A program made the position numbers and the translations under genes. From Nitrospirota bacterium (GTDB lineage: Bacteria > Nitrospirota > Nitrospiria > Nitrospirales > NS-4), in assembly GCA_963788195.1 (NCBI GenBank), contig CAWBGA010000013.1:128001-192000 (forward strand): a stretch of DNA of 64,000 nt. The letters are read 5' to 3'. Positions 30,702 to 41,919 of this stretch are shown piece by piece; positions within the stretch are counted from its first letter, which is position 1, and each line of letters starts with the position of its first letter. A model generated the notes under the pieces. That model did not search any database and was not told the origin of the DNA. It worked only from the letters and a program-made list of their open reading frames with translations.

Positions 30702-31061
30702 ATGGACATTCGCACTGAAAGCCGTAACCTCACGATGACCCCCCGGTGGCAACAGGAAATTGAATCGCGTTTACACGACCTGCAAAACGGGCATGAGGAT
30801 ATTCTCCATGCGCGAATGATTTTAGAGAAGAACCGTCACCATAAAAAAGGCCCTCGAATTGCCGCAGCTCGCCTGATATGTAATGTCCGCGGGGCGACGT
30901 TTACCGCCAGCAAAACCGAAAAGACATTTGAAGAGGCCATCCGCGCGACTTTTCTGGCCATGAAAGAGGAACTTCAGAGTTACCGCGAAAAGCGCAAAAC
31001 CCGGGCGAGGACTGAATCAGCCAGACGGGCGCCATTACGCTCCAAACGGTCGGTGGCTTGA
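30702..31061 (+). CDS. HPF/RaiA-family ribosome-associated protein
   Basis: MDIRTESRN..I......L....I...R..L...HH fold pattern; about 119 aa. Confidence 0.65.
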   Translation: MDIRTESRNLTMTPRWQQEIESRLHDLQNGHEDILHARMILEKNRHHKKGPRIAAARLICNVRGATFTASKTEKTFEEAIRATFLAMKEELQSYREKRKTRARTESARRAPLRSKRSVA

Positions 31062-31128
31062 ATGCGAGTCGGCCGTCTAACGAGCCAAATTCTCCTGATT
31101 TCGCGTGGTCTTCCGAGCGCTCGTGTTC

Positions 31129-31157
31129 TTGACACCCCCGTCCCTGTATGATAACTT
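31129..31157 (+). promoter_or_regulatory. Putative sigma70 promoter
   Basis: TTGACA-N17-TAACTT with extended TG. Confidence 0.6.
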
Positions 31158-31209
31158 GTCCCAGTTTTATTCCATCCTTCTTTCCCCGAGATGTAAGGAG
31201 ACCCGTGGC

Positions 31210-32353
31210 ATGCTGAAACGCTATCTCTTGGCCCCCGGGCCAACGCAAGTTCCTCCTGAAGTGTTGTTGGCCATGGCGCACCCGATGATTCATCATCGCG
31301 CTCCTGAGTTCGCCACGCTGTTTGGGGAAATCCGAGACGGCCTCAAGTGGCTCTTTCAGACCCAAGCGGAGGTTCTGACGCTGGTATCCAGCGGCACCGG
31401 CGGCATGGAAGCGGCGGTCTCGAACTTTCTGTCTCCCGGAGATAAGGCGCTCTACGTAAATGGGGGCAAATTCGGCGAGCGGTGGGGGAAGCTGTGTCAG
31501 ACCTTCGGCGTGCAGGCGACGGAGATCAAAGTCGAATGGGGACAGGCCGTGGACCCGCAAGCGATCGCCGACGCGCTCAAACGGGATTCCTCAATCAAAG
31601 CGGTGTATGTGCAGGCCAGCGAGACTTCGACAGGCGTGGCGCATGATACGCGTGCGATTGCGGAGATCGTGCGCAACCGATGAACAGACGATCTTGGTCG
31701 TGGATGCCATCACCGCGTTGGGCGTCTTTGATCTGAAGACCGACGAATGGGGGATTGATGTGCTGATCGCCGGCTCGCAGAAGGCTCTGATGCTGCCGCC
31801 TGGCCTGGCGTTTGTCAGCGTGAGCGAGAAAGCGTGGCGTCTGGCCGACAAAGCAAAAAATGCCGCATTTTATTTCAATCTCAAGAAGGAACGGGACGCG
31901 CAGAAGAAGAACCAGACAGCCTACACGGCCGGCGTGTCTTTAATGATCGGCTTGAAAGAAGTGCTGAAGATGTTGAAGACCGAGGGGCTGGGCAATGTAT
32001 TTTCCCGCCATGCGCGCGTGGCTCACGCCATGCGTGAGGGGATGAAGGCGGCAGGCCTGGCTCTTTTTCCGAAACACAATCCGAGTGATGCGCTCACGGT
32101 CGTGTCCACCCCGGACGGAATAGATGGGCAGGCGGTGTACAAGAATCTTCGCGAGCACTACGGAATCACCGCTGCAGGCGGACAGGATCATTTGAAAGGC
32201 AAGATTTTTCGGATCTCCCATATGGGCTATATCGATACGTTCGATGTCATTCAAGCGATCGCCGCCACGGAGATGGTCTTGAAAGGGCTAGGCTATCCGA
32301 TCAAGTTGGGATCCGGAGTCGGGAAAGCTGAGGAGTTGCTGCTGCAAAAATGA
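31210..32353 (+). CDS. Class V aminotransferase (alanine-glyoxylate/serine-pyruvate family; probable phosphoserine aminotransferase role); +1 break near 31678
   Basis: LAPGPT, HHR, SGTGGMEA, ETSTGV, VDAIT, GSQKALM; coupled to serA. Confidence 0.9.
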
Positions 32354-33930
32354 AGATTCTGATCAGCGATAATCTCTCGAAGCAAGGCGTCGAGATCCTC
32401 CAGAAGGCGGGCCTCACCGTCGAAGTCAAGACCAAGATGACCAAGGAGGAGTTGCTGCGCGAGATCAAGCGTTACGAGGGGTTGATTGTGCGTAGCGGGA
32501 CCAAGGTGACGGCCGAGGTGCTTGGAGTGGCGGACAAACTACGCATCATCGGGCGCGCCGGTTCCGGCCTGGACAACGTCGATATCGTGACGGCGACGAA
32601 GCGCGGTATCGTGGTCATGAACACGCCGGGCGGGAATACGGTCACGACGGCGGAGCATACACTGGCCATGATTTTCGCGCTCGTCCGTAAAATTCCTCAA
32701 GCGACGGCTTCCATGAAAGGCGGAAAGTGGGAGAAAGAGCGGTTCATGGGCACGGAGCTGTACAACAAGAATCTCGGCATCGTGGGCATGGGACAAATCG
32801 GCAGTCACTTGGCAAAGCTCGCCCAAGGGGTACTGATGAACGTGATCGCCTTTGACCCCTATCTCGCTGAGGATCAGGCACGTAAGATGGGCGTCGAGAT
32901 GATGACTCTTCCAGACCTGTTTCGCCGCGCGGACATCATCACCGTCCACACGCCTCTCACACCAGAGACCAAGAACATCATCAACACCGAGACCATTGCC
33001 ACCATGAAGGACGGTGTAAAAATCATTAATTGCGCCCGGGGCGGCATCATTAATGAGAAAGATCTGGTCGAGGCGCTCAAGACCGGGAAGGTGGCGGGGG
33101 CGGCGTTCGATGTGTTTGAAGAAGAACCCATTAAAACCGATCATCCGTTGCTGAGCCTCGAGAATTTCATCTGCAGCCCGCATATCGGCGCCTCCACCAC
33201 GGAAGCGCAGGAGAATGTCGCGATCGGGATCGCGGAGCAAATCGTGGATTATCTGACGAAGGGAATCGCGCGCGGGGCCGTCAATGTGCCGTCGGTGCCT
33301 GCAGACCTTCTCCCGCGCCTTCAACCGTATATTACTCTGGCCGAGAAGCTGGGCTCCTTGCAGTCGCAGCTGTATGAAGGCGGTATCGAAGGCGTGACGA
33401 TTGAGTACAAGGGCGAGGTAGCGGGCGTCAATGTCGCTCCCTTGACAATCGCCGCTCTCAAAGGATTGCTCACGCCCATTCTCGAAGAGACCGTCAACTA
33501 CGTCAACGCTCCGGTCATCGCCCGGGAGCGCGGCATTGAGGTCAAAGAGGTGAAGAGCAGTGACGCGGGGGACTTTACGAGCCTGATCAGCCTGCAGGTG
33601 GAAGCCGGCAAGAAGACCAGCCGCATTGCCGGGGCCCTGTACAGCCGGCGGGACCCGCGCATCGTGCAACTCGACAGTTTCCGGGTCGAAATCGTACCGG
33701 ACGGCCACATGCTGTTTATCCTGAACAATGATCGCCCGGGGGTCATCGGGGACGTCGGCCAGGTCCTGGGCAAGCACGGGATAAACATTGCCCGGATGCA
33801 ATGCTCCCGTGAAGAGAAGGGCGGCGAGGCGTTGTTGATTCTCGGCGTTGACGCTCCCTTGAACGCCGACACGCTTCGAGCCATCACCACCGTCAAGAAC
33901 ATCCTCTCGGTCAAGGTCGTTCATCTGTAA
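32350..33930 (+). CDS. serA: D-3-phosphoglycerate dehydrogenase
   Basis: [33 protein letters not shown] and ACT domains. Confidence 0.96.
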   Translation: MKILISDNLSKQGVEILQKAGLTVEVKTKMTKEELLREIKRYEGLIVRSGTKVTAEVLGVADKLRIIGRAGSGLDNVDIVTATKRGIVVMNTPGGNTVTTAEHTLAMIFALVRKIPQATASMKGGKWEKERFMGTELYNKNLGIVGMGQIGSHLAKLAQGVLMNVIAFDPYLAEDQARKMGVEMMTLPDLFRRADIITVHTPLTPETKNIINTETIATMKDGVKIINCARGGIINEKDLVEALKTGKVAGAAFDVFEEEPIKTDHPLLSLENFICSPHIGASTTEAQENVAIGIAEQIVDYLTKGIARGAVNVPSVPADLLPRLQPYITLAEKLGSLQSQLYEGGIEGVTIEYKGEVAGVNVAPLTIAALKGLLTPILEETVNYVNAPVIARERGIEVKEVKSSDAGDFTSLISLQVEAGKKTSRIAGALYSRRDPRIVQLDSFRVEIVPDGHMLFILNNDRPGVIGDVGQVLGKHGINIARMQCSREEKGGEALLILGVDAPLNADTLRAITTVKNILSVKVVHL

Positions 33931-33954
33931 GAGCTTATCCGCATCGGCTTTGTG

Positions 33955-34989
33955 ATGAATACTCCGCCGCGTTCACAGATTCCCAAGGGCGTTCCTACGT
34001 TTCTTCCAGCCGCAGCTGATGAGAAGCGGGGGCTCGAGGCTGCTCTGTTCGAGGTATTTGCACAGCGCGGTTACCGGGAAGTGATCCCTCCGACCTTTGA
34101 ATACCTCGAAGTGTTGGCGCCCGGTCTCGACGCGGAGCTCATCGAGAAGAGCTACAAGGTGGTCGACCGTGCGACCGGCCGCATCCTGGTCTTACGCCCG
34201 GACGCCACGGCCCAGATCGCGCGCATGGTCGGTATGGGCATGCTTGATCCCGGATTGCCCCTGCGTCTGTATTACAGCGTGAATATCTTTCGCTACGAGC
34301 CCGAGCATGCCGGCAGAGATCGAGAGATCTTTCAGATCGGGGTGGAACTGATCGGTGCGCGCGGCCCGGCGGCTGACGCCGAGCCGGTAATTCTGGCCGG
34401 TGAATGTCTGCGGCGCCTGGGTGTCCCGCGGTTCACGATCGCAGTAGGGCATGGAGGATTTTTTCAAGGTCTCTTACGCCGCACCGGGGTGTCTGATGCT
34501 CTAGGGCGGGAGCTTCGCGAGGCGGCCGGACGCAAGGATATAGGGAAGATGGCTGGGTTGCTCTCTGCGGCCGGAGTCCGCGGGTCTCACGCCAAGGCGC
34601 TTCTCGCCGTCCCGTCACTACTCGGCGGCCCGGAAGTCCTCGAGTCCGCGGGCCGTCTCGCCGCCCACTCGGAAGACTGCCGGCGGTCGCTCAAGCAGCT
34701 GAAAGGAGTCTGGCAGCAAGTGGCTGCGGCGGGATTGAGCGAGTACTTGCTGTTCGACATGGGTGAGATAAGAAAAATGGAGTATTACACCGGCCTGGTC
34801 TTCGACATTTATGCGGAGGGGGTCGGGGGAGAGATCGGCGGGGGAGGGCGTTACGATCACCTGATCGGTCGATTCGGACGTGAACTCCCCGCGACCGGCT
34901 TTGCTTTTGATCTTGATCGCCTCCTGCAATTAAATGCGTTGTGGCCGGTTGCTCGTCCGTTGGGATCGGTCGCAAGGTCCCACCGGTAA
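33955..34989 (+). CDS. hisZ: ATP phosphoribosyltransferase regulatory subunit
   Basis: LRPDATAQIAR, REIFQIGVELIG, YYTG, GGGRYD; no anticodon-binding domain. Confidence 0.9.
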   Translation: MNTPPRSQIPKGVPTFLPAAADEKRGLEAALFEVFAQRGYREVIPPTFEYLEVLAPGLDAELIEKSYKVVDRATGRILVLRPDATAQIARMVGMGMLDPGLPLRLYYSVNIFRYEPEHAGRDREIFQIGVELIGARGPAADAEPVILAGECLRRLGVPRFTIAVGHGGFFQGLLRRTGVSDALGRELREAAGRKDIGKMAGLLSAAGVRGSHAKALLAVPSLLGGPEVLESAGRLAAHSEDCRRSLKQLKGVWQQVAAAGLSEYLLFDMGEIRKMEYYTGLVFDIYAEGVGGEIGGGGRYDHLIGRFGRELPATGFAFDLDRLLQLNALWPVARPLGSVARSHR

Positions 34990-36392
34990 TGCCGCTCCGA
35001 TCCGCCGACCATGCACCGGGGCGTCAACCCGACCAGACGCTCAAGCTGCCGCCACAAAATGTCGAAGCTGAGCAGGCCGTCCTGGGCGCCATCCTGCTCG
35101 ACAACCAGGCTATCTATAAAACCCTTGAGATCCTCGACCCGGACGAATTCTATCGGCCTGTCCATAAGCGCATCTTCATGGCGATGGTTGCTCTCTCAGA
35201 AGAGAATCAGGTCATCGATCTGCTGACACTGACCGATCACCTACGTCGAGCGGAAGCTCTCGAGGCCGTCGGCGGCACTGCCTACCTGACGGATCTGGCG
35301 CAATCCGTCGCCACGGCGGCCGGTGTCGGCTACCACGCGCGGATGGTGCATGAAACGGCCATCAGCCGTTCTCTGATCGTGGCCGCGACGGAGATCGTAT
35401 CGCGGGGATACGACGGAACGCGCCGTGTGGACGAGCTGTTGGACTTTGCCGAGCGGAGCATCTTCGGCATCGCGGAGCGGCGCCTCAAACGATTGTTTAC
35501 CTCGATGCAGGACGTCATTGCCAGCACCGTGGCGCACATTGATCAATTGTACAACCGGAAGGAGAAGATCACCGGCATTCCCACGGGCTTTAGCGATCTG
35601 GATGAACGAACAGCCGGGTTGCAACCGTCTGACCTGATTATTATTGCCGGCCGCCCCAGCATGGGCAAGACGAGTTTGGCCCTCGGCATGGCGCTCAACG
35701 CAGCGTTGAATCGGGCGCATCCCTACACCGTCGCCATCTTTAGCCTGGAGATGTCCAAGGAGCAGTTGTGCATGCGCTTACTGAGCGCTGCCGGCTCTCT
35801 GAACATGCACCGCATCAGGACCGGGCATCTCAATGAAGATGAATGGAAGACCCTGGCGCGGACCGCCAGTCTGCTGCATGACAGCCGTATCTATATTGAC
35901 GATACCCCTGCGATCACGGTCTTGGAGATGGGCGCAAAGATCCGGCGCCTCCGTGCCGAACATGGCCTGGATCTTGTCGTTGTCGATTACTTGCAGCTAA
36001 TGTCAGGAGGCGGCAACGCGGAAAACCGGCAACAGGAGATTTCCGATATCTCTCGATCCTTGAAGTCCGTGGCGAAGGAGCTCAACATTCCGGTGGTGGC
36101 ATTATCCCAACTCAGCCGTGCGGTTGAGAATCGGCCATCCAAACGACCCCTGCTCTCTGACCTCCGCGAATCCGGCGCGATTGAGCAGGATGCGGATCTC
36201 GTGATGATGATCTATCGCAGCGAGATGTACGCCGCCGACGTGGAAGAGGAAGATGATGACAACCGGGATGAGGAACATGTGGCCGAGATCTTGATTGCCA
36301 AACACCGAAACGGTCCCACCGGCACAGCAAAGTTGACATTCCTGCCGGAATACGCAAGGTTCGGCAATTACCAAAACCCCGCCATGATTTGA
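34989..36392 (+). CDS. dnaB: Replicative DNA helicase
   Basis: PPQNVEAEQAVLG, GRPSMGKT, DYLQL, LSDLRESGAIEQDAD, KHRNGPTG; no intein. Confidence 0.97.
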   Translation: MPLRSADHAPGRQPDQTLKLPPQNVEAEQAVLGAILLDNQAIYKTLEILDPDEFYRPVHKRIFMAMVALSEENQVIDLLTLTDHLRRAEALEAVGGTAYLTDLAQSVATAAGVGYHARMVHETAISRSLIVAATEIVSRGYDGTRRVDELLDFAERSIFGIAERRLKRLFTSMQDVIASTVAHIDQLYNRKEKITGIPTGFSDLDERTAGLQPSDLIIIAGRPSMGKTSLALGMALNAALNRAHPYTVAIFSLEMSKEQLCMRLLSAAGSLNMHRIRTGHLNEDEWKTLARTASLLHDSRIYIDDTPAITVLEMGAKIRRLRAEHGLDLVVVDYLQLMSGGGNAENRQQEISDISRSLKSVAKELNIPVVALSQLSRAVENRPSKRPLLSDLRESGAIEQDADLVMMIYRSEMYAADVEEEDDDNRDEEHVAEILIAKHRNGPTGTAKLTFLPEYARFGNYQNPAMI

Positions 36393-36417
36393 CAGTGCCC
36401 CCGACGGCACCTATAAT
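36389..36417 (+). promoter_or_regulatory. Consensus sigma70 promoter overlapping the dnaB stop codon
   Basis: TTGACA-N17-TATAAT. Confidence 0.85.
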
Positions 36418-36457
36418 TCCACTGATAGAGTCTAGGTCATTATACGGGGATAGCTTC

Positions 36458-38239
36458 ATGTTGTTGCAACGAGCAGGTGCGAAGCGGATCGTGGTGGCGC
36501 TGGTGGGGCTCGTTGGGGCTTTCAGCACTGCGGGCTTTGCCGCCACACCCGCCGTCGAAAGCTCTCCCGGCGCCTCATCCCAGGCCGAGTCGGCCGGGCA
36601 TCCACTAGCTTATTATCATTTTCTGTTGGGCTCCCAGTATTACCTTGCGAATAACGTCGATGCGGCGTTGGCGGAATTCAAGCAGGCGCTGTCATATGAC
36701 CCGGGCTCCATCACTATCCAGCTGCGGCTTGCGGCCATCTGGCAGGCGCGTAGCGAGTATGCCAAGGCTCAGGCGCAGGCTGAAAAGGTTCTGGTGCGCG
36801 ACCCAGCCAACGTGCAGGCCTTACATCTGCTCGCCACGGTCGCCGCTGCGACCGGCCGACCCGACCAGACGATCGACTATTATCATCGCATTATCGCGTT
36901 GCAGCCTGCCGATGGGGAGGCGTATTTTTCACTAGGTTTGGTTTTCGCGGGACTCAAGCGCTACGAGGAAGCCGAAGCGGTCGTACGCCGCGGTATTACG
37001 GCGACCGCCGGCTTTCCCATCGGGTACTTGTATCTCGGGAGAATCTTGATGCAGCAGCAGGCCTGGGCCCGGGCCGCTGATGCGTACCGTGAGGCCGTGG
37101 CCGTGCACCCCACGTTTGAACCGGCGTATCTTGGCCTCGCGACGGCGCTCGAGGCCCAAGGGCAGACCGCGCAAGCGATGGAGGTGTATCGCAAGATTCT
37201 GGATGAAGTCAGTCAGAGCAGCAGGGAAGCTCGCCAGCGCCTCGTCCGGTTGCTGCTCATCGACAAAGCCTATGAGCCTGCCTTGGCTCTCCTGCGGCGT
37301 GCCGTCGCAGAATCCCCTAATGATATAGAAGCCCACCTGCGCTTGGGGCTTATCTTCAGCGAGCTCAAAGATTACAAGCAGGCCGTCGAGCAGATAGAGA
37401 TTGTCGCGACCACGCGCCCCAAAGAGCTGAAGGTACGGGATCATCTGGCGTATCTATATGAGGAGCTCAAGGAGAACGACAAAGCCATTGCCGAATACCA
37501 GGGCATCATCCGCGACGATGAGACCTTCGCAGATGCGCACCTGCATCTGGGATACCTGTTGTTTCGCCTGAAGCGGTGGGAGGAAGCCCTGCCGCATTTT
37601 CATCGCGTTGTTGCCTTGAATCCCAAGACGGCGGAGGCTCATTTGATGTTGGGCCTTACCCTGCTGCAAACGAATCGGTATGACGATTCGATCGCCGCCT
37701 TTCGTGAGGGACTCCGCGGGGATCCGCAGAATGCCGACCTGCACTTCAACCTCGGGACGGTCTATGACAAGATGGGCCGGTTCGATGAGGTCGTAAATGA
37801 AATGGAAGCCGCGATCAGATTGAATCCCGCGCACGCCGATGCCCTAAATTACCTCGGCTATACGTATGCGGAGCGGGAAGTCAAACTGAACGAGGCTGTG
37901 ACCTTGATACAGCAGGCGCTCGCGATCAAGCCTGAGAATGGGTACTATCTCGATAGCCTCGCGTGGACCTATTTCAAGCTCGGGCGGTACCAGGAGGCGT
38001 TGTTCGAGATGAAGCGGGCCGTGGCCGCCGTGCCCGATGATGCGGTCTTTTTCGAACATCTCGGTGAGATCTGCCTGCTCAATAATCTGCTGCCTGAGGC
38101 CCGGGATGCGTGGCTGCGGTCATTAGAGCTGGACCCGACGAACAAGAAGCTTGAGGAGCGGTACAAGGGTGAAGGGTTCGGCGACCCCTCCGGCGATGAG
38201 CGCATCCGTAAAGCTCAGCATCGCCTCTCCAAGAACTAG
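36458..38239 (+). CDS. Exported tetratricopeptide-repeat protein
   Basis: Signal peptide, many TPR repeats, ALNYLGY..DSLAW..EHLGE C-terminal pattern. Confidence 0.9.
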   Translation: MLLQRAGAKRIVVALVGLVGAFSTAGFAATPAVESSPGASSQAESAGHPLAYYHFLLGSQYYLANNVDAALAEFKQALSYDPGSITIQLRLAAIWQARSEYAKAQAQAEKVLVRDPANVQALHLLATVAAATGRPDQTIDYYHRIIALQPADGEAYFSLGLVFAGLKRYEEAEAVVRRGITATAGFPIGYLYLGRILMQQQAWARAADAYREAVAVHPTFEPAYLGLATALEAQGQTAQAMEVYRKILDEVSQSSREARQRLVRLLLIDKAYEPALALLRRAVAESPNDIEAHLRLGLIFSELKDYKQAVEQIEIVATTRPKELKVRDHLAYLYEELKENDKAIAEYQGIIRDDETFADAHLHLGYLLFRLKRWEEALPHFHRVVALNPKTAEAHLMLGLTLLQTNRYDDSIAAFREGLRGDPQNADLHFNLGTVYDKMGRFDEVVNEMEAAIRLNPAHADALNYLGYTYAEREVKLNEAVTLIQQALAIKPENGYYLDSLAWTYFKLGRYQEALFEMKRAVAAVPDDAVFFEHLGEICLLNNLLPEARDAWLRSLELDPTNKKLEERYKGEGFGDPSGDERIRKAQHRLSKN

Positions 38240-38386
38240 TACTCGTGGATCTTTGGCTCTAATTCGTACGCGCCGCAACCCTGTCCCGTCCCAAGCAACT
38301 CCGAAAGATGACTACTTTTTGACATGAAAATGACGTAAATTGTAAAAAACTTAGCTAGAAACTTACCCTAATTACAACTAATTACC

Positions 38387-38399
38387 TAAGTCATTGTTT
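38387..38399. promoter_or_regulatory. Putative IHF site upstream of the pilA sigma54 promoter
   Basis: TAAGTCATTGTTT, one mismatch to TAANNNNTTGATW, in an AT-rich tract. Confidence 0.45.
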
Positions 38400-38425
38400 T
38401 TACGATGAAGACGGGTTTTCGCTTC

Positions 38426-38442
38426 CTGGCAGAGCGATTGCA
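38426..38442 (+). promoter_or_regulatory. Sigma54 (-24/-12) promoter of pilA
   Basis: CTGGCAGAGCGATTGCA with GG-N10-GC spacing; PilR-like activator in the window. Confidence 0.85.
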
Positions 38443-38516
38443 ATACAACCTCTGCAGCGGCCGGGGTGAATTGTCGCTCCGGTAAACAAGTTATCGACAC
38501 CAACAAGGAGGCGAGC

Positions 38517-39105
38517 ATGTCTAGTCGTATCACAGGTCAAAAGGGTTTTACGTTGATTGAGTTGATGATCGTCGTGGCGATCATCGGGATCCTGGCAGCG
38601 ATTGCCATCCCGAACTTCCTGCAGTACCAGTTGAAAGCGAAGACGTCTGAGGCCAAGACGAACGTCCAGGCCATCAAGACCGGCATGATTGCGATATCGG
38701 CCGAGCGGAGCTGTGCTCCTACAATAGCGTCGGCCCCGGCTGCGATGCCGGTTGCTGGTTCAGTCACGGCCTGGCCGGCTGGCTGCCTTGGCCACCGTAG
38801 CGCTTCTCTGTGCGCCACCTCCTGCCGTGGCGGTCTATGCTGGTCAGTATGGTGACATTGGGTTTACGCCTGCTGGCTCTGTCCGGTACCAATACAACGT
38901 CGCCTCCTTCGTGGCGACCTCACCTTCTGTGGTTGGCGCCAATGGCTGTACCAATCCTACGGCCATCCCGGCGGGTGTTGCCGGAGCGGCGGGTAACATT
39001 GGTTGGTTGGTGACGGCCATCGGAGATCTCGATGGTGCGGTCGTTGCTGGCTACCAAGTCGGAGACACTGGTGGATTCCAAGACTGCAATCCTGGTCAGT
39101 TCTAA
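38517..39105 (+). CDS. pilA: Type IVa major pilin (+1 frame break near 38780)
   Basis: [27 protein letters not shown] prepilin motif; IGFTPAG..RYQY and AIGDLDG in the next frame; AAGGAGG RBS. Confidence 0.92.
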
Positions 39106-39112
39106 GTAACAC

Positions 39113-39161
39113 TGAGTGTCCCCCGCCAGGACTGTTAGAGTCCTGGCGGGGGCCTCATTTT
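39113..39161 (+). terminator. Strong hairpin terminator after pilA
   Basis: CCCCCGCCAGGACT-GTTAG-AGTCCTGGCGGGGG followed by CCTCATTTT. Confidence 0.8.
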
Positions 39162-39172
39162 CTGCCCGACGT

Positions 39173-40110
39173 ATGAATCCTGCGCTAGATCTCGAAATCC
39201 CAACCAAATACAAACTCTTCCTCTGGTCTGAAGCTCGGTGTTCTTGGATGTCTTGGAGTGCTGGCCGTTGCGGCCCTTCTGCTGATTCAAGCCCAGCTCG
39301 ACGCGCGACAAGATACGGCGGCTTTGCACATCGAAGAGCTCCGCGTTCTTCCCCGTGGCGAATACCTGAAACCGGTTTTGCTGGGGTACCATCACTTCGC
39401 TGCCGATCTGCTCTGGCTTCGGACCCTGCAAACCATTGGTCAACGTTCGGTGACATCGTTGGAATACGAATGGCTGTACCATGCGCTCGATGTGATCACG
39501 ACGCTGGATCCGCGATACGATTATGCGTATCAGGCCGGCGGAATCATCCTGACGGAGTTTGCGGAGCGCGCGGATTTGAGTAACCGCCTCTACATCAAGG
39601 GCATGGAAGCCAATCCTACGGTATGGCAACTTCCTTTCTACCTCGGCTACAACCACTTCTTTTACCTCCATGATGATGTCAAGGCCGCGGAGTACATGCT
39701 TCGTGCCTCGCGTTTGCCGGGGCGGCCGCCATTCCTCCCGTTTCTCGCCGCGCGGCTGGCGGCCGCGGGCGGGAATCCGGAGGTCGCCTTGGCCTTTCTA
39801 GGCGAGATGTGGCGCCAAACTGAGGACGTGCAGATCAAAGAACAGATCGAGTTTAGAATGAAAGAAGTGATTCATTGAGCGCGATCTCCGAATGCTGGAA
39901 CAGTCCGTGCAACGGTATACGGAATTCGCCGGAAAACCTCCCGTCAATCTCCAGCAACTTCTTACGGCAGGGCTTCTAACTGCTGTTCCCCCAGAGCCTT
40001 TTGGGGGCGAATACCGGTATGATGCCAAAACCGGCGGGATCAGCAGCAGCACCCATGCGGAGCGGCTGCGGATCAAAAAACGAGGACAGCTCGCAACCAA
40101 GCGTTACTGA
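39173..40110 (+). CDS. Pilin-associated membrane-anchored TPR-like protein (Myxococcus PilG/Geobacter XapA-like); two +1 breaks
   Basis: ADLLWLR..Q, TTLDP, GMEANP..WQLPFYLGYN, PPEPFGGEY; lies between pilA and the ABC genes. Confidence 0.7.
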
Positions 40111-40119
40111 CGGCCAGAG

Positions 40120-41094
40120 ATGAACATGACGTCTGTTCCCATCGCCTTGCAAACCGAAGCGCTCTCTAAGAAATTCGCAGTAGGATTTTGGGGGCGTCCG
40201 GTCACTGCTGTTGAACACTTGGATCTGGAAGTCCACACGGGGGAGATCTTCGGCTTTCTGGGCCCGAACGGGGCAGGTAAGACCACCACCCTGAAAATGC
40301 TCATGGGGCTGATTTATCCCACCAGCGGAAAGGCATGGATGCTTGGCCGGAAGGTCGGTGATGTGGCCATGAAACATCAGGTGGGTTTTCTGCCGGAATC
40401 ACCTTATTTTTATGACTATCTCACCGCAGAGGAATTTCTCCGGTTCTACGGACAGCTCTTCGGCTTAGGGGGACAGCTCCTCTCCGAGCGCATTACCTTG
40501 CTGTTGAACACCGTCGGTATGTCTGACGCGCGATCTTTACAGTTGCGTAAGTTTTCCAAGGGCATGCTGCAGCGCATCGGCATCGCGCAGGCGCTGATCA
40601 ACGATCCGCAGCTGGTGATACTCGACGAGCCCATGTCCGGCTTGGATCCGGTCGGGAGAAAGGAAATCAGGGATCTGATTCTTCATCTCAAAGAGCAGGG
40701 CAAGACCGTGTTCTTCAGCTCCCATATCCTGCATGATGCCGAGGTGCTGTGTGACCGGGTCGGGATTCTACTCAAAGGCCGGTTGGTGGCCCTGGGCAAG
40801 GTCACTGAGTTGATTGGCGCAGACTCGACGCAATCCATCGAAGTGGTGGTGGAAGGTCTGGACCATACCGGAGCTGAGCAGGTGAGAAAGATCGCCGTGT
40901 CGTTGATTGCGCAGGGCGAACGTCTGCTGGCGGTGCTTCAAAGCCAGGATCAGGTCAACCAGGTGCTGGAGTTGATCCGTGTCAGAAAAGCCTCCCTGAT
41001 TTCGGTGACACCACAAAAGTCGTCTCTTGAGGAACTCTTCATGAAGGAAGTCGCCGGGGGAACGACAGGCAGGAACCATGAGGTGTCACTATGA
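40120..41094 (+). CDS. ABC transporter ATP-binding protein (PilH-like)
   Basis: GPNGAGKTT, FSKGMLQR, LDEPMSGLDP, SSH. Confidence 0.93.
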   Translation: MNMTSVPIALQTEALSKKFAVGFWGRPVTAVEHLDLEVHTGEIFGFLGPNGAGKTTTLKMLMGLIYPTSGKAWMLGRKVGDVAMKHQVGFLPESPYFYDYLTAEEFLRFYGQLFGLGGQLLSERITLLLNTVGMSDARSLQLRKFSKGMLQRIGIAQALINDPQLVILDEPMSGLDPVGRKEIRDLILHLKEQGKTVFFSSHILHDAEVLCDRVGILLKGRLVALGKVTELIGADSTQSIEVVVEGLDHTGAEQVRKIAVSLIAQGERLLAVLQSQDQVNQVLELIRVRKASLISVTPQKSSLEELFMKEVAGGTTGRNHEVSL

Positions 41095-41856
41095 AGCGCG
41101 TCCTCGTCATCGGTCTGAATACCTTCCGGGAGAACCTTCGGGAGAAGCTTCTCTACAATCTCGTGATCTTTGCCTTGATCATTATCGGCAGCTCGATCCT
41201 GCTGCAACGGCTTGAGCCTGGGAGACACCAACCGGTTGTTTTTGGATCTCGGGCTGGCTTCGATCAATATCTTCGGCGTGCTCATCGCGATTTTCATCGG
41301 CATCGGCCTCGTCAGCAAGGAGATCGACAAAAAGACCATCTACACGATCATCTCCAAGCCTGTCCCACGTTATGAATTCCTCTTGGGAAAGTACTTCGGG
41401 CTGTCGATCACTCTGTTCGTCAACACGCTGATCATGCTCGCCGGGTTCCTGATGGTCCTTGTTTATATGCAGGTCCCCATAGAGCTTCTCCTGTTCAAGG
41501 CAGTGTTCCTCATTTTTCTAGAGCTGATGGTCGTCACCGCCGTCGCCCTGCTCTTCTCCACCTTCACGACCCCGACTCTGAGCGCCATTTTTACGCTCGC
41601 GATCTACGTCATCGGGCACTTAACCGGAGATCTGAAAGCGCTGGGCGCCAAGCTCGAGGGAGGGGGCCGGATGTTCTTGACCGGTCTTTATTATCTCATG
41701 CCGAATCTAGAGAACTTTAATATCAAAGGGCGCGTGATCCATCACCTCGACATCGGCGGAACGGAATTCGCCCTGATCCTGGCTTACGGGGTCCTCTACA
41801 CGATGCTCCTGCTCTTGATCGCCGCCGTGATCTTCCAGCGGCGCGATTTCCGCTGA
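41091..41856 (+). CDS. ABC-2 type permease (PilI-like); +1 break near 41210
   Basis: NTFRE..R, KEIDKKTIYTIISKP..R..FLLGKY, FQRRDF. Confidence 0.88.
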
Positions 41857-41919
41857 ACCACAAGAAGCCTGCCTCACTCAAGCCACTAAGCAAGTTTTGT
41901 CATTCGGGGAATAAGTTTC

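Noticed and set aside
32539..33924. Long antisense ORFs (461 aa here; also 57000-58067, 10687-11493 and others)
   Set aside because: Shadow frames of well-supported GC-rich genes, with no motifs or RBS
34989..36392. Intein in DnaB
   Set aside because: Normal length and contiguous helicase motifs
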